From assembly GCA_963783575.1 (NCBI GenBank), contig CAWAOD010000005.1, positions 384,001-448,000 on the forward strand: DNA of 64,000 nt, written 5' to 3'. Both the position numbers and the translations under genes were made by a program. The notes below the pieces were generated by a model. The model was given only the letters and a program-made list of their open reading frames with translations. It was not told the origin of the DNA and did not search any database. The stretch is from an uncultured Spirochaetota bacterium (GTDB lineage: Bacteria > Spirochaetota > Brevinematia > Brevinematales > JAOACQ01). This document shows, piece after piece, positions 10,217 through 18,144 of this stretch. Numbering within the stretch: position 1 is the first letter of the stretch; each line of letters opens with the position of its first letter.

Positions 10217-11919
10217 TTAAAATAATTTTATTGAATGCATAAAGAGATGTTCGAGTATTGGTCCCAGGGTAAACGGCATAAAGAAAGTCAGCCCGCCGAA
10301 AACAATAACAATAAAGACCAGCATAATGACAAAGAGTGGTGTGGCTGTCCTGAATGTTGCAGGAGTATCGGCTATAAATTTTTTCTTGGCAAGAGAACCT
10401 GCTATGGCTAATGCCGGTATTATTGTTGAGAAACGTCCAATCAGCATAGCAAAGCCTATAAACAGGTTATAAAATACGGTATTGGCATTCAGCCCGGCAA
10501 AAGCAGAACCGTTGTTCCCAAATGGGGACGCAAAATCATAAAGAATTTCCGAGAGGCCTCTCGGGCCGAATTATTCAGGCTCGACAATCCCACCGGAAGA
10601 ACACATGCTATTGACGAAAATATCAATACGCACATCGGGGCTGTAATCATACCGATCAAGGTCATTACCATTTCGTAAGGGTCCAGTTTTTTATTATAAA
10701 TTTCCGGTGTTCGACCGATCATAAGCCCGGCAAGATACATAGTCATGAAGGCATAATAAAGCATACTGATTATACCAACGCCCACACCTCCGAAAATTAT
10801 CTCCCCAATACCCATATTGAACATCTGGATTAAACCGGTCATTGGGAGCATGCTTTCATGCATGGAATTAACAGCGCCAGTGGATGTTACCGTTGTAGCG
10901 ATGCTGAAAAAAACCGATGTAAATATTCCGAACCGGGTTTCCTTCCCTTCCATGTTCGCGCCATTGGTGATGCCAAGCCTTGCCAGGTTTGGATTTCCTT
11001 TGAATTCAAAGTATACGGCTCCCGCAATTCCTGCTAACAGCAGGATAAACATTGCCATAAACAGGGCTATTCCCTTACCCCGGCTTTTCATTAAAAAGCC
11101 GAACATAAATGGAAATGCGAAAGGAAGCAAAAGCAGGCTCAGGATTTCCAAAAAATTTGTGAAAAAGTTCGGATTTTCAAAAGGGTGGGATGAATTCGCG
11201 TTGAAAAAGCCTCCGCCGTTGTTTCCCAATTCCTTGATCGCCTCCTGCATAGCTACCGGTCCTACGGCAATGACCTGCTCCTTACCCTGAAGGGTTGAAG
11301 CATGCGCATATCCTCCCAGAGTCTGAACCACACCCTGAGAGACAAGGATTAATGAAAGAATAATTGAAAGAGGGATCAATATATAAAGAACAGTACGCGT
11401 CAGGTCCACCCAAAAATTCCCGATCGTCTCAGAATTCTTCCTGGTAAATCCGCGGAAAAGTGCAAGTGCTGCGCCAAAACCCGTAGCCGCCGAAAGAAAA
11501 TTCTGCACTGTCATTCCGGCCATCTGCGTAAGATAACTCATTGTACTTTCACCGGCGTATGACTGCCAGTTGGTATTGGTCATAAAAGAAATAGCTGCAT
11601 TGAGCGCTGTATCCCATCGTACGGGACCCATTTTTTGCGGATTGAAAGGTAAATAATTTTGTATTAACTCTATAATGAAAAGCATAAGAAATCCAGCCGC
11701 ATTAAACAAGATCAAAGCAAGTGAATATTTTTTCCAGTTCATTTCCTCGGCGGGATCTATACCGCTTATACGGTATATCAACTTTTCCAGAGGCAGGAAC
11801 ACGGGCGTCAAAATCGTCTTTTCGCCGTCAAAAACCCTGGCCATAAACTTTCCTATCAGCACTGCCAGTGTGATCAGAACAGCGAAAAATATTAATAAAT
11901 ATACAAGATTACCGGCCAT
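10217..11919 (-). CDS. kdpA: K+-transporting ATPase subunit A, one frameshift near 10563
   Basis: [25 protein letters not shown]. Adding one G restores [27 protein letters not shown] and joins ORFs 10489-11919 and 10217-10447. Confidence 0.95.
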
Positions 11920-11957
11920 ATTAAAACCTCCTTTTATCCTATAGGCTGCGTTATTTC

Positions 11958-12000
11958 TTGAGATTCATGAAAAAATAATAAACTTTTACATGAATTTCAA
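11958..12000. promoter_or_regulatory. Inverted repeat upstream of kdpA
   Basis: TTGAGATTCATGAAAAA ... TTTTACATGAATTTCAA; arms match at 15 of 17 positions. Confidence 0.4.
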
Positions 12001-12086
12001 CCGGTAATTAAAAAGATGGTTTAATCTGTCGGTTTATTTTATATATTAAATATTAATCATATTAAAGTCAAATTTTTTATTCGGGG

Positions 12087-13355
12087 CTATTTTTTTAACA
12101 ATGTCTGGAATACCGGGGATATAAACAGAATCGTGCTCAATATAATTAAAATAACTGTTGTAGTCCAGCCGGTTACATTCTGAAACAGATTATTCCTATG
12201 TTCTCCCATCACTTCCGGTTTACTCACTATTATCATCATACAGATAAGAACTACCGGCAAAAGTACTCCATTCAGAACCTGGGACCAGACGGTTATCAGT
12301 ATCAGCGGAGCGTTCGGAAGCAGGATTATGACGACTGCGATCAGCATTATAAACGTAAAAAGCGCATAAAATTGAGGAGCCTCGCTGAATTTTTTATTGA
12401 TCCCTGCTTCAAACCCGAAAGCTTCGCATACATAAAAAGCTGTTGCTATCGGAAGGATTGCCGCGGCAAATATGGAAGCTATAAAAAGCCCAAAAGCAAA
12501 AAGAGCGGACGCAAAAGCCCCGGCCAGAGGTTTAAGCGCGACTGCCGCGTCTTTTGCTTCATTAATCTGTATACCGTTGATATGCAGTGTTGCAGCGCAG
12601 GCGACAACAATAAAAAAAGCCACAATAATTGTGATAATGCTTCCTATGATAACATCCCAGACCGTAAATTTATAATCATCGATGCTGATACCCTTTTCGA
12701 TAACAGCCGACTGCATATAAAACTGCATCCAAGGCGCGATTGTGGTACCAACAACTCCTACCACCATACTTATATAATCAGTATTCATTTCAAATCCTGG
12801 TTTTATTAAGGCCGATCCGATATCATGCCAGTTCGGCTTTGCCATCAAAGCGGAAACAATATAAGAAAGTAGAAAAAAACTGAAAACCAGGAATATCCTC
12901 TCAGAGACTTTATAATCTCCTTTAACAACAAATATCCATACTCCAATCGCCGCTACCGGAACAGAGATGTATTTGCTGATACCGAAAACCATCATGCTCC
13001 CTGCTACTCCTGCAAGTTCGGTTGCAGTATTTCCGATGTCTGCAATTAGCAAAAAAACAAATATGAAAAAAGTGACTTTAACCCCGAAATTTTCCCTTAT
13101 CAGATCGGCAAGACCTTTGCCTGTTACAATTCCCATCCTGGCGTTCATTTCCTGCACAGTAACAAGAACTACCAGAGACGGTATCAAAACCCATAGCAGG
13201 TGATAACCGTAGATTGAACCTGCAAGGGAATAAGTCGTTATGCCTCCGGCGTCATTATCTACACTGCCGGTTATTATTCCCGGCCCAAGAATGCTTAAGA
13301 ATAACAGGATATTTCTGATTGCGGGATTTTCCTTTATTGTCTGAAATATTCTCAT
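12087..13355 (-). CDS. Nramp-family transporter, NRMT (Mg2+)-like clade
   Basis: TM1 DNDAGGITTY instead of the MntH DPGN motif; TM6 GTTIAPWMQFY; about 11 hydrophobic helices. Confidence 0.85.
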   Translation of the reverse strand: MRIFQTIKENPAIRNILLFLSILGPGIITGSVDNDAGGITTYSLAGSIYGYHLLWVLIPSLVVLVTVQEMNARMGIVTGKGLADLIRENFGVKVTFFIFVFLLIADIGNTATELAGVAGSMMVFGISKYISVPVAAIGVWIFVVKGDYKVSERIFLVFSFFLLSYIVSALMAKPNWHDIGSALIKPGFEMNTDYISMVVGVVGTTIAPWMQFYMQSAVIEKGISIDDYKFTVWDVIIGSIITIIVAFFIVVACAATLHINGIQINEAKDAAVALKPLAGAFASALFAFGLFIASIFAAAILPIATAFYVCEAFGFEAGINKKFSEAPQFYALFTFIMLIAVVIILLPNAPLILITVWSQVLNGVLLPVVLICMMIIVSKPEVMGEHRNNLFQNVTGWTTTVILIILSTILFISPVFQTLLKK

Positions 13356-13533
13356 CTTGCCCTCCCGCCGAATGCATCTGTGAACATAATTATTTTACTC
13401 TATTAATATACCAGTTTTATATTTCTTTCAAGAATTAGCCGAAAGTCGATTAATTATTTAGTCTGTCAAATGGATGATAAGTCCTTTTGTCATAAGCAAT
13501 TATATCTGAATACCGCTATTCAATTGGATAACT

Positions 13534-13598
13534 ATATGACTAACTGACTAATTCACTGGCCGACTGACTGGCTAGCCAGCTTTCGACTAACAGACTAA
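13534..13598. repeat. Degenerate 4-bp-period (GACT/AACT) repeat, related to 57820-57897
   Basis: 13534-13567 matches the reverse complement of 57820-57853 at 28 of 34 positions; both loci also carry GCTTTCGACT. Confidence 0.6.
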
Positions 13599-13607
13599 GT
13601 GTCTGGC

Positions 13608-13657
13608 AAAAAAAGCCTGATAACGAACCGCCAGTAAAAGCGGCCCGGAATCAGGCT
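13608..13657 (-). terminator. Intrinsic terminator after tRNA-Glu
   Basis: Minus strand AGCCTGAT...ATCAGGCT hairpin followed by a T tract. Confidence 0.7.
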
Positions 13658-13666
13658 CTGCGGGCT

Positions 13667-13738
13667 TACCCCCGGGGGGAATCGAACCCCCGCTGCAAGG
13701 ATGAAAACCTTGTGTCCTAACCACTAGACGACGGGGGC
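13667..13738 (-). tRNA. tRNA-Glu (UUC), CCA not encoded
   Basis: GCCCCCG acceptor stem, TAGTGGTTAGGAC D-arm, CAAGG-TT-TTC-AT-CCTTG anticodon arm, GTTCGATTC T-loop. Confidence 0.97.
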
Positions 13739-13766
13739 GGGGTTGTTATAAAATCAACAGGAAAAT

Positions 13767-13795
13767 ATTATATAACAATATCTTTTGATTGTCAA
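13767..13795 (-). promoter_or_regulatory. Consensus sigma70 promoter of tRNA-Glu
   Basis: TTGACA-N17-TATAAT on the minus strand. Confidence 0.8.
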
Positions 13796-13823
13796 AAAAG
13801 GAAGGGATACCGGAAACTTTAAT

Positions 13824-13852
13824 TTGACAAATCATTGCATTTTGATTAGAAT
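13824..13852 (+). promoter_or_regulatory. sigma70 promoter of the TPR gene
   Basis: TTGACA-N17-TAGAAT. Confidence 0.65.
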
Positions 13853-13904
13853 TAAAAAATTCAATTAAATAATTCTGGAAATTAAATGCCATGGAGAAAA
13901 TCGT

Positions 13905-14873
13905 ATGCCTCTTAAATTGATTTTTTTCCTAACCATAATATGCGTTAGTAGCTCTTTTGCGAATGATAATTACAACAATTTAATTCTTTATGCCGGAGAA
14001 ACAGAATCTACAAATTACTCTAATGCCTTAAAACTTTATGGCCTGGCAATACAAATTGATCCGGACAATCCGGAAGCTTACATAAGAAGAGGAGTCCTGC
14101 TTTATTCCCATAGCGATTATATATCGTCTTACAGGGATTTTAAAACTGCGGTCAAAATTGAGCCAAACAAGGATAAAAAGCAATCCGAAATTAAGTCAAT
14201 CGACTATCTAACCTGTACAAGGTTCATCGGAAGCAATGCAGAAGAAGAATCTAAAAAAGCGATGGACCTGATAATGAAGGGAGATTCGAAAGAAGCTATT
14301 CTGGTTCTTTTAGACTTAATTATTACCAATACTCAGAATGCCTTTATTTATTATCAACTTGGATATGCCTGGACTGAATTGAAAGATTATTCAAAAGCAT
14401 CCGATTATCTAGAAAAAGGTCGTCTTGTCAACCCGGTATATGAAAATATCCTGCTTGAATTAAAATATGTCTATTCAGAAACAAAGAAACTTGAAAAACT
14501 TGATGAAGTAATTAATGATCTAATGAATTTTTATGGAGAAAATCCAGTTCTATACCAGGATCTAGGCTTTGCATACGCGGAGTCGGGTAATTTCGGCAGA
14601 GCAGCTCAGGTATTTGAAACCAGTATTAATAAATTTTCAGACTATTATATAACTTATTTTATCCTTGGGCAGATATATTATCAGACCGGAAAATTCGAAA
14701 GTGCAAAAATATATTTACGAAAATTTTATTACAAAGTCAATCAAAGTGATTTTGATAAGTATAAAATCGATGAAGATATAAGTGCTTACAAGCTTAGGGC
14801 AAAAATCATGCTTGACGATATGAGTAACTATTCTGCCAGCTCAAGCAGCCAAGGGAGCAGGGATGCTCCATGA
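13905..14873 (+). CDS. Exported tetratricopeptide-repeat protein
   Basis: Signal peptide; repeated TPR patterns (AYIRRG, YYQLGYA, LYQDLGFAY, YFILGQIY). Confidence 0.85.
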   Translation: MPLKLIFFLTIICVSSSFANDNYNNLILYAGETESTNYSNALKLYGLAIQIDPDNPEAYIRRGVLLYSHSDYISSYRDFKTAVKIEPNKDKKQSEIKSIDYLTCTRFIGSNAEEESKKAMDLIMKGDSKEAILVLLDLIITNTQNAFIYYQLGYAWTELKDYSKASDYLEKGRLVNPVYENILLELKYVYSETKKLEKLDEVINDLMNFYGENPVLYQDLGFAYAESGNFGRAAQVFETSINKFSDYYITYFILGQIYYQTGKFESAKIYLRKFYYKVNQSDFDKYKIDEDISAYKLRAKIMLDDMSNYSASSSSQGSRDAP

Positions 14874-15057
14874 TAGCCTTTATTATTTAATGATATTGTC
14901 GAACGTAAGTTCGACAGCGCAACGATTGCGCATAGTTCGACAGCGGCACGAGGTCACACTAACTCAAGCAGCCAAGGGGACACGGATGTTCCATGATATC
15001 TTCTATTAATTTAATAATATTGCTGAACGCAAGTTCGGCAGCGACACGAGGTCGCAC
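14840..15057 (+). repeat. Two tandem copies (123-bp period) of a ~95-nt three-hairpin element
   Basis: Copies start CTCAAGCAGCCAAGGG at 14840 and 14963; hairpin stems differ between copies but keep pairing; partial duplication at 14934-14959. Confidence 0.85.
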
Positions 15058-15148
15058 ATTTCAGTTATAATTTTGATATTCCGAAAAGTAGATGGGTTCT
15101 TGATAATGCATTTAGAATAAACGGAGTCAGAGATAAGAGGGATTATTT

Positions 15149-16375
15149 ATGAAATACAATATACAGGGAGGATTGATTGCCACACCTGAGCTTATCTTAC
15201 AGAATGCAGCGCTTGTTATTGAAAATAATTTTATAAAACAAATTGGGAAACCAGATCCTTCGGCTGATTTTAATATAAATCTTGACAAGGACGATATAAT
15301 TCTTCCTGCTTTAATAAATGCGCATGACCATCTATTAGGATCATACTATCCGAAAGTCGGTAACGGACCATACATGAACTGGCTTTCCTGGGATAATGAT
15401 TTAAAAAGTCATGAATTATATTTTGAAAGAAGTAAAATCTCCAATGAAGATCTTTACTTACTTGGTTCATACAAAAATCTTATATCCGGTGCCGTTACAG
15501 TATCCGATCACATACCTCACTCTGTTAATGAAAAAATGATTGATAAAATGCCTGTAAGAATAATAAAAGACTATTCTCTGGAACATGAATGTTCAAGTTA
15601 CGATTTAAAATGGGGAAGAGGAATTACAATTGAACATAAAGAGGCAAAAGAAAAGAATATCCCTTTTATCACGCATCTTGAGGAGGGTTTTGATGAAGAA
15701 GCAACACTCGGTGTTGATATTCTTAAAGAACTTAAAGTCCTGGATGAGAATACAGTTCTGATTCATGGAATTTCTTTCTCTGATTCTGATATCGATGAGA
15801 TTGCGGCAGGAAATGTGAATGTAGTGTGGTGTCCTTCATCAAATTATTATATGTTCAAGGAAACGGTCAATATAAAGAGACTTCTCAAAAAAAATGTAAA
15901 TGTGTCCCTGGGGACTGATTCACCTATGTCAGGCGGCTTGAATATTCTCGAAGAATTGAGGTTTGCCCGGGACCTTTATTATAAAATGTATAATGAAATT
16001 TTAGATGATAAAATTCTTATCAGGATGGTAACCGTTAACCCGGCCAGGTCTCTTCGAATGAGCCGCCAGGGTAAAATAGAGCCGGGGTATTCTTCTGACA
16101 TCCTCGTATTGTCCGGCGGAGATCCTAAAAATCCATATAAAACGCTTATTAATAGCTGGTTTAACGAGATAAAACTGGTTACCAGAAATGGGACTCCTAT
16201 TTATGGAAGCGAAGAATTCACGGATATATTTAAAAGATTCAAATATAATTATCAGACGGTTAATATTAATGGTGTAAAAAAAATATTAATAGGCAAACCG
16301 CTTGACCTTTGTAAAAGAATATGGGAAAATGTTGGGTTCAAAAAAGAATTACCTTTTTTTCCTGTAGAATTTTAA
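15149..16375 (+). CDS. Amidohydrolase-superfamily metal-dependent deaminase (MTA/SAH/guanine deaminase-like)
   Basis: NAHDH (HxH), THLEE (HxxE), LIHG, WCPSSN, LGTDS. Confidence 0.88.
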   Translation: MKYNIQGGLIATPELILQNAALVIENNFIKQIGKPDPSADFNINLDKDDIILPALINAHDHLLGSYYPKVGNGPYMNWLSWDNDLKSHELYFERSKISNEDLYLLGSYKNLISGAVTVSDHIPHSVNEKMIDKMPVRIIKDYSLEHECSSYDLKWGRGITIEHKEAKEKNIPFITHLEEGFDEEATLGVDILKELKVLDENTVLIHGISFSDSDIDEIAAGNVNVVWCPSSNYYMFKETVNIKRLLKKNVNVSLGTDSPMSGGLNILEELRFARDLYYKMYNEILDDKILIRMVTVNPARSLRMSRQGKIEPGYSSDILVLSGGDPKNPYKTLINSWFNEIKLVTRNGTPIYGSEEFTDIFKRFKYNYQTVNINGVKKILIGKPLDLCKRIWENVGFKKELPFFPVEF

Positions 16376-16415
16376 GTACATTTATAACTGATTATATCAA
16401 TTAAGAAGGTTAATA

Positions 16416-17462
16416 ATGCCTTTTGAAAGAAGATATACCGAAGGTTCAATTATTTACTTTGATCATGAAAAGGGTGACAACATTTATATATTAAAATCGG
16501 GAAGGGTTGATTTAAGTTATATTCAGCCTGAAAGCGGTGAGAAGATTACAAAAACATTGAGCCTGGGAGAGTTTTACGGGCTTAAATCCGCAATAATCAA
16601 TCATACACGCGATGAGATTGCCGAATCCATTACAGAATCGGTATCTATCGAGTTCAAGATTCCCGAATTTGAAACATATGTTTCAAAAAATGTCGAACTG
16701 ATGAAGCGCCTGCTCAGGGTTCTTTCAAATCAACTGCGCAATCTTGGGATTAAAGTAAACAACTACCTGGGGAACAATGTCCTGTATCCGCCTAATATTG
16801 GATTATTTAAGATAGGCGAATATTATTTAAATAATCAGCAGTATAAGCAGGCAGTCCAGGTTTATCAGCGTTACTGCGAACAATATCCTGATACGAACAT
16901 TATGGAGGAGGCAAAATACAGGATATCTATAAGTGAAGAAGCTTTACGCACCGGTTTTTTAAAAGACTTTAAACCGATTGACCAGATTATTGAAAGCGAT
17001 GTGAACGGAGGCGGAACAATCATTGAGGTTGCCGATAAAAAAGAAAGTATGGTCAATGTTCATTCAGCGCTTGGCATTAGAGAATTCATGGATAAATATT
17101 ATAAAGCTCAATCATTTTATAACGGCGAGGATTATGCGAATGCCGAAAAGAACCTTAAGGAATTGTTCGGTGTGGATGTAACGATGGCAAATCCGGATAT
17201 GGTCACAAACGCAAAACTAATGTATTTCAGCACACTATATAAACTTCAGAAGTTTAACGAATGCAGCCAGGAAGTTACCGAATTCCTAAAAAAGGTAAAG
17301 GAACCGTCGATTATTAAAAAGACTCTTTTCATACTTGCCGATATTTATAAAAGTCTTGGAAATATTGATGGGGAAAAATCAATTCTTCAGAAAATAGTGA
17401 TAATGCCTCCGGTGGACGATCTTTCCAGAGCGGCTAAACAAAGAGCGGATAATATTAGGTAG
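16416..17462 (+). CDS. Cyclic-nucleotide-binding domain plus TPR protein
   Basis: N-terminal cNMP fold (IYILKSGRV, GEFYGLKSAI..HTR) followed by TPR helices (LFKIGEYY, YCEQYP, LFILADIY). Confidence 0.82.
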   Translation: MPFERRYTEGSIIYFDHEKGDNIYILKSGRVDLSYIQPESGEKITKTLSLGEFYGLKSAIINHTRDEIAESITESVSIEFKIPEFETYVSKNVELMKRLLRVLSNQLRNLGIKVNNYLGNNVLYPPNIGLFKIGEYYLNNQQYKQAVQVYQRYCEQYPDTNIMEEAKYRISISEEALRTGFLKDFKPIDQIIESDVNGGGTIIEVADKKESMVNVHSALGIREFMDKYYKAQSFYNGEDYANAEKNLKELFGVDVTMANPDMVTNAKLMYFSTLYKLQKFNECSQEVTEFLKKVKEPSIIKKTLFILADIYKSLGNIDGEKSILQKIVIMPPVDDLSRAAKQRADNIR

Positions 17463-17471
17463 GCGGACTTT

Positions 17472-18131
17472 ATGGGAGAAGAAGTACTGGATAAATATGA
17501 GAAATCATTTAATCCGGGTGATATAATTTTTTGTGAATATGAAAAAGGCGACGAATTCTATATTATAAAAGAAGGTAAGGTCAGAATTACAAAAATCCAG
17601 GACAACAAGGAAAAAACTCTCGACATTATGGAGCCGCCGGCCATTTTTGGTGAAATGGCAATTATAGAGGATGCTCCAAGAAGCGCAACCGTTATTGCAG
17701 AAACACCGGTAAAGCTAGTCGTGTTAAGAAAACAGAATTTTAATGAACTGCTGGTATCGAACCCAAAATGGGCTTTATCACTGATTAAGATTCTCAGCAA
17801 AAGAATTTTTGATTCACAAAGACGGCTTGAGATCCTATCACTGAAAGAAAATGAATCCAAGGTCCTTGATACGATATTAATGCTGGTCGAATGGAAAGGG
17901 ATTGTCCCAGCGACATACCAGGATACAAAACCTATCGATCTTGAGAATACTAAAACCGATGATGTTGCACACTGGTGCGGGCTTGATATCCGTGAGGTTG
18001 AAAAATATATTATCCGGTACATCAATATGGGCAGGCTGGAAAGAACCGGAGGCAAACTTGTTGTTAAAAACCTGCCGGATATTTATAGAATGGTAAGAAA
18101 CAAAAGGAAACTTCAGGAAAAAGAAACATAA
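17472..18131 (+). CDS. Crp/Fnr-family regulator
   Basis: FYIIKEGKV, canonical phosphate-binding cassette FGEMAIIEDAPRSATV, C-terminal HTH-like DDVAHWCGL. Confidence 0.9.
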   Translation: MGEEVLDKYEKSFNPGDIIFCEYEKGDEFYIIKEGKVRITKIQDNKEKTLDIMEPPAIFGEMAIIEDAPRSATVIAETPVKLVVLRKQNFNELLVSNPKWALSLIKILSKRIFDSQRRLEILSLKENESKVLDTILMLVEWKGIVPATYQDTKPIDLENTKTDDVAHWCGLDIREVEKYIIRYINMGRLERTGGKLVVKNLPDIYRMVRNKRKLQEKET

Positions 18132-18144
18132 TATTTTAGAATCA

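Noticed and set aside
8278..11290. Several long plus-strand ORFs (up to 268 aa) opposite kdpB and kdpA
   Set aside because: Antisense shadows of conserved genes, with no RBS or recognisable motifs. The same applies to the antisense ORFs over the Nramp gene, flhA, flhB, leuS and the MFS gene.
11920..12086. kdpF or a c-di-AMP (ydaO) riboswitch upstream of kdpA
   Set aside because: No short hydrophobic ORF with an RBS, and none of the conserved riboswitch motifs are visible in this short AT-rich gap.
14840..15057. CRISPR array interpretation of the tandem repeat
   Set aside because: Only two long diverged units, no unique spacers and no cas genes in the window.
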